Shown here: one piece after another, positions 49,141 through 62,900 of the stretch
Position numbering within the stretch: position 1 is the first letter of the stretch
Layout: each line of letters opens with the position of its first letter
NCBI GenBank assembly: GCA_030295235.1
Contig: AP026180.1
Coordinates: 186,001 to 250,000 of the forward strand
Direction of reading: 5' to 3'
DNA length: 64,000 bases
Origin: Fistulifera solaris
Taxonomy: Eukaryota
Position numbers and translations under genes: made by a program
The notes under the pieces: model-generated
Databases searched by the model: none
Seen by the model: only the letters and a program-made list of their open reading frames with translations
Told to the model about the DNA's origin: nothing

Positions 49141-49986
49141 ATGTCCTCTCCCGTCTCGGATTGTGTTCGCGCCCTGTGGCCAGAGCCGAAAGTCGATAGC
49201 CCTGCGGCTTCACATGTCGATGTTTCCCTCATATCCGATGAAGAGCTGGAACATACCAGTTCGCATTTCGGCGACTCCTCCTCTGACACGGAATTGTCTG
49301 CTTTGGAGGAAGATTCGATTGATTCTGATTTAGAAATACTCGTTTGGGACGAAGAGCTTCAAGAGATGTGCGTTTTACAAAGAGAGTCACCATACCGCGC
49401 TGCTGAAAATCGGCGCCGTCTTTACTTACCGGCGGATGTCGTCCATTATCCTGCACCAGGCGTCTTCGATCCAGACTTTGTGACCCCAGTCAAGGAAAAG
49501 CCGTCGCATCTCATTCGCGGAGTCGCTACGAATAATTGGCGGTTCGTCTGGGCAATGTTTCTTTCGGACACGTTTGCGAAATGGGATGTAACTTTTCATC
49601 ACACGCGTTTCAGTCGATGCTTTCACGACTTGTACAAGTTTCTAGACCCCGACCATGCCGAAATGAAAGCGACTTTTTATTTAATCGACTTGGCGTACTA
49701 TAAAGAGAGGCCGCTTGACATGAAGAAGTTTCAGGAGTGTTTGGCTTTATTAGATTCGCGGTTGGACTGGAACAAAGAGGTTGATCTGCCGTCGCGATAT
49801 ATGAAGTTTGTTTTGAGGAGCCTGGGATTACCTGAATTTGTTCTTGAAAAGATTTGGAACGATCATTTGCGACACGAAATTGTGGTTAACGCCATCATAC
49901 GCTGCGCAATGGATGCTGCGGCTTCAGAATTTGAAGAAATGTCGCACGTTGTTGAAAATCGCTTGCCTGCTTACGAAGTCTTTTAA
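49141..49986 (+). CDS. Hypothetical protein, tandem family copy 3 (more divergent, acidic N-terminus)
   Basis: WRFVWA..WD..H, MKATFYLI, FQECLALLD..DW and LPE..IW.DH blocks. Confidence 0.7.
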   Translation: MSSPVSDCVRALWPEPKVDSPAASHVDVSLISDEELEHTSSHFGDSSSDTELSALEEDSIDSDLEILVWDEELQEMCVLQRESPYRAAENRRRLYLPADVVHYPAPGVFDPDFVTPVKEKPSHLIRGVATNNWRFVWAMFLSDTFAKWDVTFHHTRFSRCFHDLYKFLDPDHAEMKATFYLIDLAYYKERPLDMKKFQECLALLDSRLDWNKEVDLPSRYMKFVLRSLGLPEFVLEKIWNDHLRHEIVVNAIIRCAMDAAASEFEEMSHVVENRLPAYEVF

Positions 49987-50071
49987 TGGAGTAGTTCACG
50001 TAAATTCATTTTTAACTTAGGATAATGAGCGAGAAAAAGACGAAGATACAGTCTTTCTCTCGATTCCCTAT

Positions 50072-52460
50072 TTAGTACTTGTTCCAGAAGGAAGTCGAAT
50101 CGTTACGAGCTTTAGTACAGGCTTGCAAGACAACAACTTCATCCATCTTGGGGTGGTGATCCTGCGTGACACACAAACCCGGTTTGGTCACAGGCGAGAT
50201 CTCAAAACGATAATGATCAAAGCTACCACCGAGGGCAATAAAGCGCTGTTCCATTACTGAGGCATCGCACACAGCGAGTACAATGCCGTCCGACTCTACA
50301 GTTTGCAGACACAACTCCCAGTTGTAGTTTTGGATTTGCGCGGACCCATCGTCGAAACTGACAAGCGTCCACATTTCGGGTGAGATATCGCAGTTGTAAA
50401 CGGCTACATTGTTACCTAGAGTGCAACCCGAACGACATCCCATGCACCATTTGCGTTCGTAAGATTCGTATTGCCAGAAATAGCCTGCAAATGATTCAAC
50501 GATCGAGCAAGTCAGCTTAAAGGAGAGTGTGCCATTCTTTGTTCCTGATCGGAAATAACGTACCTTCTTCCCAGTATAACTTCAGCGCGAACGGCTCGCC
50601 GTCGATAGCGCTGACACTCGTCGCGATAGCTTGGCTGGGATCTGGTTGCGGAACGGAGGCCGCAGTGAATTCAATATTAGACTCATTCACGCTTTCACCA
50701 GCTTCTTCTCCACCCCATCCCTCATTAGCATTCGGGTCAGGAATACAAAAGTCCATGTTGGTCTCCCTTAACTCGTCGGACAAGATGCAAAACGGCAAAG
50801 GGTCTCCTCGCTCTCGGTGGAAACAAATTAATCCGTGGCCACATTGACTATCACGGTCGCAGTCTGCCTGACAAAGGCCTAGATGAGCTCCATGGTAATT
50901 GGAAACCAATTCAGCATCCCTCGGCTCGTGAGACGCTCCATCTCCACTGCGTGCATGTGTCGGGTGCGATGTTGGTGCCGGCCAATCAACACTACGGGGA
51001 CGTGTTGGGTGGGGTGTAGGACGAGGCCAGTCAATACTTCGCGGTCTCGTGGGATGCGGCGTCGGTCTTGACCAATCAATACTACGGGGTCTCGTCGGAT
51101 GATTCGTGGGACGAAAAACGATGGTCGGTAGAGCTACAGGAGACGACGGAGCGGGTGCGGACGGCAAGGGCGCTTGTACTGGCGTAGGCAAAAACACCGG
51201 CATAGTGACCGGGGCAGACGGCATGGTGACGGGTGCCGAAGGTGTAGGTACAGACACCGGCATAGTGATAGGAGTTGAAGGCATCTGGATCGGTGAAGGC
51301 ACCGGCATTGTTACAGGGGCAGAAGGAGTAGGGACAGGCGCGACGGGGGATGAAGGGATTTGTACTGGATTTGCGACAGGCACTGGCATTTGCACTGGAG
51401 TAGGAACTGGAACAGCAATCGGCGCTGGTACAGGGGGTCGCACTGGCGGTGTAACTGGAGCCGTCGGAATGATCAAAGTGACCGGCGATCGTGTAGGCTG
51501 AAACGTTCTTGTCGGACTACTTGTCGGCGCAAACGTAAAGGAAGGATCCGTGCAGAAATCGAAACTAGAAACCAGCAATTCAGCAGAAAGAATACATCCA
51601 GGAACTTCGTCTCCCTCACCGCGTTGATAGCAAATAAGACCTTCAGCGCAATTAGCATCAGAATCACAATCACCCTGGCAAAGTTCAAGGTTGTTATTGA
51701 CTCCGTTACCAATGAATTCGGCTGGTGTTAAGGTTGGAGCTTGAATGCGTCTTGTGGGAGAAAGTGTTGGCGCCGCAACCGGAGGAGCCACGGGCTGCAG
51801 TCCACTCGGATCGTAACAGAAATCAAAATCCGACGCGGCGAGATCGGGAGACAGTCGGCAGCCCGGAACTCCATCCCCCGCACTTCTTTGAAGGCAAACC
51901 AAGCCACTCGCGCAATTTGCATCAGAGTCGCAGTCGCCATGGCAACGCGGTAGATCCGTATTGATACCATTCCCTACGTAAACAGCATCGATGTCACTCG
52001 AGATACCAGGTGTTGGTGCAGGGACACTGACCGGAGAGCTCACTGGAGTAGGAACACTGACAGGAGCGGGTACACTGACTGGAGCAGGTACGCTCACAGG
52101 GGCAGGGACGCTGACAGGAGCAATCACGGGAGGAGAAGGAACGGGCGGTCTCGGCACAATTTCTTCCACAGCGTCATGATCGCCATCCATGACGCAAAAG
52201 TTGACGGAAGAAAACAACAACTCCAGCGACAAGGAACATCCTCTCACAATATCACCAGGCCTTCGCGAGGAGCAGGTCAATCCAGCAACGCAATCGCTGT
52301 CGTCGTTACACTCGCCTTGACAAGCGCCGAGAGGATAAGGAAGATTTTCTCCGAGAAACGTCGCAGGTAACTCTTCGAGTTGTCGATGGCCTTTGCGCAA
52401 TTGCGCAGACGCATACTCATTCGAAGTGAGAAGGAAGATCGAAAGAATAGATCTTCTCAT
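50072..52460 (-). CDS. Frustulin-like cell-wall protein (4 acidic Cys-rich domains, Pro-rich linkers, C-terminal Trp-rich/ricin-like domain); intron 50563-50485
   Basis: Signal peptide; CQGECN, CHGDCD, CQGDCD and CQADCD domains; Pro-rich spacers; splicing gives FALKLYWEEGYFWQYESYERKWCM. Confidence 0.85.
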
Positions 52461-55400
52461 GACTGATTCGGCGTATCGCTCTTTTAATCAATCGTTTTGA
52501 ATGTTGCGAAAGACCGATTGATGCGAAAAAAATGATGTTTGAATGATTTGAAAGAACAACCACATGGCAGTTTTTTTTTTCGAAATGTGAGACGCTAATA
52601 CAACGGCCACAGAATCCTTTCCTAAGTATACAGATTTAATTAGAGTATTGTGTACCGGAAGAACAATTTGAAGTTTTTCGCATATTCTTTTGCGCACATG
52701 GAACAAAAGGGAATATACTGTCTGTACTATACTGGCTTTGTTCGTCACACGTCACATACGTAGAACGCGTTTTACTCATACATGGTCAAAGAAGCACCTG
52801 GTAATGCCAAAGGGAAACGGATTTCAACGACATGGAAACTAACCTTACAACAAACGAAAAATGATTACAACAATGAACGATGAACCATGACAACGATGAA
52901 TGATCAAATGAAAAGTGATTATTGACGATTATGATACCTAGGAAGTGTGCCTCCTGGGTAATGTATGATGCGGATGACAAGCACGTGACAAGGCATCGAT
53001 GAAGAAGGGAAGCATGAAAGATGAAAAATGAAAATGGCTCGAAAGAAATTAAATTTTAAGTTACGCAAACCCGGTTTAAGAGAAATCTGGCCACAAATAG
53101 CCACCTGGGCAAGCGTTCTCCACAAGGTGACCCATGCTCAGTCATCAATCTTCACGTTTGCTGGAGCCAATCTATTAGATACGAGCGTTAAACCAAAGTC
53201 AAAAGAGTAAAGAATTCCGAGCAAGGAGAATCAGAGCCTGATGATATTGCGCTGCTAATATCCGACTCCGTCAAAATAAGTTTGCGTTCGACGCTGTCTA
53301 AGAAAGATGCACTATTGATAGATAAAGAATTAGTCTTCCCGGATAACGACTGAGTGTTCCTGAAGCATAGAAATCAACAAGTAACCGGTGTAGGTAAAGA
53401 GAAAGAAACTATCTAACGTAAGGGTAGGCAACGAGCAAAGACTCGAATGAATTTAAATTAGTGCTACGTAGTCTTTGGAAAACGTTTTCGAAGCTTTTAG
53501 TTGATCGAACAAGGGAGATTGTGCACCAAAGCAACGCTGTGCATGGAGATCCGAACTATCTTGACAAACAAATTTAAGGAACAGCAACTCCTTCCAAGTC
53601 ATAGCTACCGTACCCGGCGACCAGAAACCGCTCAAGGAATTTATTGAAATGGCTGTTTGGCGGAATGTGAAAACAAGGGCGCACTCGAGCACATGCTATT
53701 GATTGCTCTTGAACGACGACACACGCTTCAAGCAATCTTTTCAGGAGAACGACGTTTCGTAGCAGCACCCATGTTATCAGTCATACGGATCACAGTCTTG
53801 TACATTTTCGAAGGAATGGAATACAGTCACGAAACGTTCAGGACGCGGCGGAAAGAAAAATCTCGGCAATGAACACAGTGCAAAATGCGAATGCGCCTTT
53901 CGGGCACACTTTCTTTTCACAGAAGTAAAGCATCACACGCAAGCTCAATCACTCGCTCCGCAAGGCACCTGGAGGTAAATTCAGAAAAAATTTCCAGCAA
54001 ATAGAAGGCGCCTCGACAAGTTTTGACAGCATCGTGCATTATCGTGACAACGATAAAAATCGATGCTTCCCGCAACAGCAAATTATACGGTTGAATGGAA
54101 GGCGCAGCTTGAATCACCAAAAGCAAGCAAAGATGCCATGCGACGGTGACACCGTCGGACAGCTCAAGAACAGCGAGTCCTTAACTAAACCGTCGGCTAA
54201 TTCGCGACGGCACACCCCTTCAATACTACGGTTCGGTATCAGTGCCGACCGTAGCACGATCCAGATTGGGGGATCACATCATCGAACGATGCATATCTAG
54301 CCACTCGATCCGCTTTGACATTAAATGACTTGTCTGAAGCTAGTCTATGGATCTTGGTGACCCGCTTTTCCTTTACAAACCTCTCAAACGCGCGGAAAAT
54401 TCTCTCTCGCGGTGAAAGCATGGAGCTTCGGGCTCATGTCGCGAGGCACGTCTTTTGAAATTTACATTCCACCCTTGTATATCAGGGCATTGCTCGTCAG
54501 ACACATTTCCTTCCCTTCTAGTCAACATCCGTCATGACTAAATACATTCGACGTCAACCCGACAGAAGCAATCCAGCTTGCCTCTTACTCGGAAAAGTCA
54601 GCCGTTTCATCAACATCGAAAGACCCGAGAGGAAATTATGGCATTTTATAGCCTCTATCAAGCGGGATCTACAGAGTCTTCGAAAATAGTCAAGTACAGC
54701 CCAGCGAGGGAATCCATAGGCAAGCCCGGATAACTATCGATCGTTGATGCTCCCGCAAAACAAATATTGTGAAAACTCATGTAGCCAAGCATTCAACTTT
54801 TTGCTGCGTAAAATCTTTTTCGACTCAAAAATTATCGCACTCTATTAAAAAAACTCCTTTGAAAGCCTCGTGGGCGGTATCGTAATCTCTCAGCAAAGCA
54901 ATCATTACAAAACATCCCACTCTCTCACAGCGGGAGCGGAGTTAGCAACATCTGCATGCACCTGGCGAAGGCCTTTAGTGAAGTGAACGGACTTATAGCA
55001 GCGGCGACAATCTTTCTTCCATCAAAAAATCGCCCTAGTTTTGTGTAAGGCAAGTCTTCTGCGCAACAAAGTCGGTAAAGGTTGATTACGCCGCGCGACT
55101 GCTCGCAAGAGGGAAATCGAACAACCTGGACAGCAGTCGATCAAAGCATAAAGCTAAGTTCATATAGTTGTCCAATGTACTTCTTAGCTCAGATATCTGA
55201 AAAAGGGCACGTGATAGGCGTCGGTCTACAGATATATGAATAAGGAGTCAAGCGCTGCTCGGAAGCACGAGGGTGCCTTGCACAGACCGCTTCATCCACA
55301 ATCGGACTTGCATCAACTTGGCTAATCCCATGAGGTTCATGCCCGCGCAGCAGCTTAGGAGAAATGGGAAGAGAATTGAACTGACCCCCCTCTCTAAAGC

Positions 55401-56973
55401 GGACAGACACCATTATTCCTTCTCAGACTCGCAGTATTCCCTCCTAACATCGAGTAAGCCCTCTCTTATCATACCAGTAAATTACAAATGATCTTTGCGA
55501 AGCAGCCAGATAGTATTTTGCATCGGGTCAAGTTAATAACCTATATCTCGCAAACACATCACTTCGAAACGGCAACTTATCGCATTCTTTGGCGCTGCAA
55601 TGAAGGTGAAAGAATGCGACCACCCATCTATCGGATAGAACACATCGAGCTTCTTAGCCGTCAACCCTCTTTCTTTAAAGTATCATCTAGAAAGTGTCAA
55701 CCATATTGCTTTCTTGCGACCGAATTCGTTCGTTATGATGCATCGCTTGCCTCTAGAACTCTATTCTTAGAGAAATCCTTTTGCGACAGCAAGAAAATGG
55801 CGGACAGGGTCATCGTTCAATACATCTTGCCACAGATGCTCTCAAAAATAACTTGTGTTCCTGTATCGAATCTTGTAATCAGATTTGGCAAAATGCATTG
55901 AAAGAAACTTGAGCCATGACAGACATTTGGCGGAAACTGGAGCCGTTACAGTCCAATTGATGAAGATGTCCCAACCACGTTCATCTAATGCGGTGGGATC
56001 ACATAGACCCTCGTCGCCCAGTTTTCTCTGCTTGGTAAGCTAAAGGCCCGATTGACTTCCTTGCGAGTAGGATCTCGGTCAAAGAAGCTTCCGGCAATCA
56101 ATTAAATTCAGCAACGATCCATTAAAAAGACCAGCTCTATTGCACCTCTTATGCAACACCATCAGCTGAGATTATCATCTTGACAGTCTTCCATTGCCCA
56201 TAATTTAATGCTCGCAGCCAACACATTTACTCGATCCCTCGCGAAAAATGACAATAGACAGCAAGCCAAGTAGACAATAGAACAGCCTTGTGTTCTCGTC
56301 GTCCCGTCCACGATGAGATAACTTGTTGTGTAGAAGTCTCCAGCAAAATGAAATACCGGAGATCACGAGCTGGTCAGCTTTATCACTATTGAAAGCAACG
56401 CACATCGTCGTCGGTGCGAATCTCCTTTTTGAACATAGACAAAACCAACGTTTCTTCAAAATATCAATTTGTCTCCTCTCACCTGTGACCGCAATCTCCT
56501 CAAATGGAAACTGATGACTCTGGTGCAAAAGGAAAAATGCGTGCTCAACTCTACGCTTGGAAATTGATTGATGGGTACAAATAATAAGCGTACGGGTTCT
56601 CCGATTTCCATCATCCAAATCGTTTTTTAGAGGATGAGCCTTGCTGTAGGAAAGAAAAACTATCCGAACATTCGAAAACTCTGTTCACTTCTTAAACCCC
56701 GTCGTATGCCAGCGTGATGCTTTGCTCGCACATTTTGAAAAGGATGGCATAAAGAAAAGAAGAAAATAAAGAAAATAAATACTTTATGAGTCATAAAACC
56801 GCAATGTTTCGATAACAATGGGCTATGCCTTCGCGGCTCTAGCGCCGCTAATAACTGACTCCTACATACGGCAAAACCTTCTTTCGATTATTGTCGCTAT
56901 AATAAGCTATAAAACGCCTGTATCTGCAGCCAAGACTGGATTGTAAAGAAGTCACGAATTCATGAACAGAACA

Positions 56974-59900
56974 ATGGCTAGAATTTACTAGTCTATGCTT
57001 ACGTCCTATGTCCTATCCCTACAAGAGAACCGAATCCCTAATCGAGTTAGAGAAACACAACTGAGCCGATGGACAATGGATGAAATCCACCGAACACCGA
57101 ACCGCTGCCAGGTCAAACAAAATAAAATAAAATAAAAATTGAGAGTTTAGCGTACTTTTATCCTATCCCTATGACAGAACCGTAGCGCAAAAACGTCAGC
57201 GAGACTAGGTCGCGCGTGTTGCCAGGTCATCACAAAAGCGATGAACAGGGGGGCTGCCATCTGATTCAGATTAGAGTTGTGGCCTGGTCCGTCGGCCGAA
57301 TGATTAAATTGGATTCGCGTTGAGCGCCGATGCTGGTGAATTTGTTCTTTCTTGGGATTTAGTCAAGTGTTCTTGGTTGGCAGCTGTCGTATGACTGTTG
57401 TGTTGTTATGATCACTGGTGCTGGGCTGTGGTGTTTTGTGTAACTGCTTGGAAGACGCTGTTGGAGGCGTTCGTTTTTCTCTTTCCATATCGTGTGGTGT
57501 CTTAATATGTTTGCCCGGTGATTTACTAACCAGGAAGTGAGGTGGTTGTTGTCCATTAGAAGTCTCTGCCGCGAAGGGCCGAGAAAACGGGTAATTGATA
57601 TCGCATTGTTCCTGGAGGTCGTATAGTGCAATGACTGTTTGTTGCAAGTGATATCGTTCCGCTTGTTCTGCAGCTGTTTTCTTGGATGTGTCGACTAGAC
57701 TTGACCGTATTTTCCATGCTTCGTAGGTCTCTATTATGATATACCTGCTGAGTTTCTTTGCCCATGTTCTACCGTTGTTTGAGTGAGTGAGTTCGTTCAA
57801 GGTTTTGAGATGGTTCGCCACTTGTTCATCCCACTCCTGCGGGATCAGGCCTTTCATCCATAGGTCTACGTTGTTGTCGTCCAGAGTCCCGTTGAACCAG
57901 TCCTTGATACTTTTTTGGATCTCTCTACTCAGCTCGACTGGCGTGTTGTTTTCTCTCAGTATATCAAGTAATCCGTCTATGAAGCGATGTCTCCAGTCGC
58001 TAAGTGCTGGACACCGCAGAACATGGTCGAAACATTCGTTTTTTGCCGGGCAGTGGGGGCAGCGGGGTGATGAGATTTCTTTGCATTTGTGTCGCCTCTC
58101 ATTTGTTGGGATCCAATTGCTGAGTCGTTTCGCGGCAAAAGCTTTAAGCTTAAAGGGCAATTTCTGTCGAGCTAGTCGGTATGCAGTCCAATGCAGTGCG
58201 TTGTACTCGTCTTTTGTAATGTTCAATTTTTCTCGAATATATTTCAGTCCTTTTTCTCTTCCTGCTTGAGCTTTGAGTTCGCTGGAGTACTGGCTAGTCA
58301 ACAGTTCATTATCAAGTAGTATGTACGCTGAAGTCCCCCGAGTGGTATCGGAACGGAGGTCATGGTTCGTTGCTGGAGCGCCATTGTTGCCAGTTTGTCA
58401 GCCTCGACATTTAGTTGTGAGACCCAGGATAGGTTTTCGAGGGCGCCGTTGTCGTCTTGGTGTCCATGAACATGTTCGTGCGTAATATTTGGTATGTTTC
58501 GGTATTGTTGTATAGTCAGTTGAATCACGTCCATATCTGGATGGAGTTGGTCATGGGAATTCGGTATTTCGATCTGCTTGATGTACCTTTCTTTCTTTAG
58601 AAGCGCTTCATTATCACACGCAGTTTTCCAAAGAGTGCCGTCGCCGTATTTTAGTTGATAAAAATCGGTGTAGTGGCGAAGGAATGTGAATGCCGCTAAT
58701 CTTCCGTAGGCCTCGGGCGCTGATACGATGTCATGGGTCGGCCTTGTGCCGCACCCCATCCACGCCACAAAATTTCAATGTCGTTTGCGATTACCCATCC
58801 AAATCCGCCTTTCGAAGCTATGCACCCTCCATCCGAGACGATATATAGCTGACGATCTTTGTCAAGAACTGCTTCGAATAGGGCCTCGCTTTCTGGAGAC
58901 TCCTTTGTGTAACGTAATAGGTCTTGCTCCCATTTTTCGAGTGATTTTGTATATTCTTTCCATGTTCGTAATAATCGTTTCTCCGGTGGCTTTATTTTGT
59001 GTTGAGGGATCATGTAATCAAATCGTCTTCTTGTCGAGGCTCCTGCGGGCACAAATACCTCTGGCGCTGTGTCGTCTAAGTTCAGGTCAGGTTCGTTCGC
59101 GATTCAATCCGTTGTTTGAGTGATCAGGAAATGGATAACATGTCCATTGATTGCGGTTTCGTTCGTATAATTGTTGCTCAGTAATGTCGTAAACTGCGGG
59201 CCAGCTTCTGTGGGACGGCACCTCGGTCCATGTCGCCTAGTCGATTCTGGGCGTTTCCCGTCTGTTGTTATATGGCTTATAAATTCTCTCCAAATTGTCC
59301 AGCATCTCTTCCCGGGTTTAGACTGAATTGGCCATAGCGTTTTGCTTTGTGAGATCATTGATTCGGGCTTTAGTTCTTCTTTGTAGTTGAAAGACAATTG
59401 CTGCCCGTCGATATTGGATATATCCGATAGTGTTGCCACTTGTAAGAATAAGCGGACTCTGTTCAATTGTTCCAGTTTCTTTGGGCTGTTCCACAACTTA
59501 GCTGCGACATCCATAATATATTCGTCATTCTCTCTGTATGTTTGTGGTCTGTGTAGTTCGGGAATAACAAATCTTCCATTGACCTTTGTGAGGAAGAGTC
59601 TAAGTTCGTCCAACCATTTGTTATCTGAAAATGCTATGAGATGGCTTGGGTGTTCCAGGATCAAGTGTTTAGAACCCACAGCGTGTTGAATCCAGTCGAG
59701 AGTGATAATTAAAAATTCTCCAATGTGAGTCTTTTGTCGTAGATGGCGCAATAGATAGCAGCAATTGAGTATTCCTTGGTCTGTCCACAACGAAGCTTAG
59801 TCCTACTCCTCCCTCCACTTCGGAGAGATAGACCATGTCTTTCGGAAAAGTTCTTGGATAACCCATCTTTTGCAGTGTGTAGCTTAGCGGTCCAGATTGT

Positions 59901-62900
59901 ATCGATTTGAGTTGCTTTTCGCTGAGCCCGCATGGTAAGCGGGTATCGTGTCGCTGGGTAGGAAGACTGACATGTACGCTCGGTAAGCTACCGATGCTTC
60001 CAGTTTGTGGTACAAAGCTCTGGTAACTGTTCGACTTTTTGTTAATAGTGCTGCTTGCTGCGCGCGGAAATCATTTACTGGTTGCTTCTGTATGCCCAAG
60101 GTTCTGTGATGTGATGAATTTAGCTTCCTTTGTATTTGTTCTATAGCGCCATCGGTGCTTTGTGTAATCAAAATCGGAGAATCATCATCGTCTCTGTCGT
60201 CTAAGTTGCACTTTCCTTCGGAGTCGAATATCCATTTTATGTGGTAAAAGAAGCACTTGGACAGTTCCAATTTTCCTCCTGTGGTGACTAGCAGTTTCTC
60301 CCACCACTGTGTTGCCGTTTTGGAGTTCAGTGCGTGTAGATTGGTTGGGGAATCGATGCCTTTAATACTATCATCGAAATTGTTTATCCAAATTGAGCTA
60401 TCGTCCACGAACATCTGCATGTGATGCTTGATAGATTTGGTTTCAGTTGGATTTCGAAAGGTTGTGCCTGGCGAGTGTTGTTTCATCGCTTTGAGAATTA
60501 AAGTGCTTATCGCTGTCCAAATCGCTGGTGAGCTCTGGTTACCTTGGCCCGGGCCGTGTAGTTTATGGGTTGGTGTTGATCCGTGCAGCTGAATTTGATA
60601 CGCCCGAGTGCTGTTGACACATGGTATTGTGCCTGGTCAAGGAAATTGTTGAACAGCTTGCATGCATTGTGTGGTACTCCAAGTTGTTCGCATCTTAACT
60701 TTGCTAGTGCCATAACGATTCTGTCATAGCAGGCTTTTGGCGTCGTTATCCATGACGACTAATTCCGTTTTTGTTAACTGGGCCATCATGAACGATAGGA
60801 ATTTCATAGCGTATACATCGATGGCGCTTCGTCCTTTTCGTGATCCTCCTTGCTCGTCGCCGAATTGATTGTTTATCTCTGCTCTTTTCATCATTTTTCG
60901 ACCAAACGTAATTCCTGTAAACGCGTTGAAGTCTGACTCGAACAAATGGATTACTCGTAATTTTTCAACATCTGGATTGCCCGGTATCTTTTCTAGCATT
61001 ACACTCGTCACGTTCGCCCAACGGTTGAGCACGTACCCCGATTGGATACAGATATTGATGATTGTGGCTAATACTTGGAAAAATATTTCTCCGTGATCTT
61101 CGTCTTCATCTGCGAGACTACAATCGGCTGTGGCGTCGTCCCCTTTCGGTATTTTTGGGTTCTTTGCTTTGTCTATGGCTTTGTACATCCCTAGGTGCCT
61201 ACCGGATGGCGAAGTTGATGTTGGTTCCCTCCAAGTGCGGTATTTTCTTCGTAGTTCGTCCCCTTCAATTTGGCTTAATGTCTCGTCTTGGTCAATTTTT
61301 GTGCTTAACAATTCGTGCAGTACAGCCTTCGTTGCTTCTTCTTGCATTGAACCTTCTGCCTCTAGCTTTGTTAATGCGTGATCTAGAGGTTCGGAGCAAA
61401 TTTGTTCAATTGTTGGATCGGTGAATGGTGTCCCGTCTGCTTGATGGAAATGTCGTAGATTGCGTTGGATGAGTTTTTCTGTGATTTCATCAGCGATCGA
61501 AGATTGTCTTGCTCTCCCCGGTCTCATCTCTTATGACCAACGATGTCAACGCGCCGTTCCTTCTGCCTCTCATAGTGGATCTAATGGTTTGATGGGATTT
61601 CCTTATTTCCTCGGACTTGCGGATATTGCGGAGTAATCTCTTTCGTTCCTTGTCTCCCGCGTCTGCTGCCAACTCTTCTTGCTCAATAAGCCACTGCTCG
61701 CGAAGGTCTTCCGCCTTTTGTACGGCGGACAATAGCTCTTTTCTGCATTTTCTTTTCTCGGATTGAGCCGACTGGCGAGTGGGTTTGCCTGTTGGTTGCT
61801 CTAGTGATCCTCCGGCTTGTTCGATTCGCTGGACCCGTGTTTTTTCTGTATCGGCTCATGTCGGAGCCCAGTTCTCAGTTCGCTTACCCAGGAATTCCAG
61901 TATTCTAACGAGTGAACATAGATCATGAGATAAGGTGACCACGCATTCGATCGGACTCTTGCAAATAATTTCTCAGACTCTATCATGGTGTCGGTAATGA
62001 GGCGGTCAATGGATTCCAACTCTTCGATATCTTCCGGAAGAAGTTCGTTATCTTGTAATGTCATCTTGGCAAGCAGGATTGCTGTTCGCTGATGATAGTT
62101 TTCTTCGTGCAGCTTTGTAAGTACTGCCTCCTTGTATTCTCTACTTAGTTTCTTGTGCCGTGATATGATGGTTCGTGGCTTGACTTGAGTCGTTTACGTG
62201 GAAACGGTCGTGTTGTAGATATTCGCGCAGGTCGATGTCCACAAACATCAGTCTGTGATCAGTAATCGATTCAAACTGTAGATATCCGCAAGCAGAAACG
62301 AATGGCAGAACGTCGTGAGTTGCCAACATATAGTCGATTCTTCTTGTTCCTCTCTTGTGCGTCCCAAATTCTTCGTGGCACCCGTGTCTATAGACGTAGA
62401 TATCGCACATTTCCGTATTCTGGACGAATCTCGTCAGCCATGAGTTCCGAGTCATCATGTCACTGTTTGCGTCAATAAATAGGACAATTCCGTGTCCTTC
62501 CTGCTGTAGATCGATACATAACTTGGTAATACATTTTTCGAACCAGTCTCTTGGTGTCGGTTTCTGTAAAATTCGTGATTTCTCGGTTAGGAGACTTTGG
62601 CGTTGCTTCCATGTAGTCTTTTCTCCAAGATCGTCGCTTCCCTGGCAAACTTGGTATGCGGTGATTATGGATAGATGTCGTTCTCCAGTCCCTTTGAGAG
62701 TTTGAATACTCCATTGTCCTAATGATGATTCGTCTGCGCCATTTCGTGTAATATAGTTTTGCCATTTACCACCGATTAGTTGAAAAGTTCCTCCCGGTTG
62801 ATAGTAATCTCCGAAAGCTCGATCACTGCAGCTGCACGTTGCTGTTACTTTTCGTTCCCATGCTGGTGAAATCATGTCTCTTACTTTGTATTTGGCTCCA

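Noticed and set aside
57170..57310. Hammerhead ribozyme in the LINE 3' UTR
   Set aside because: No CUGANGA/GAAA core with proper stems found on either strand.
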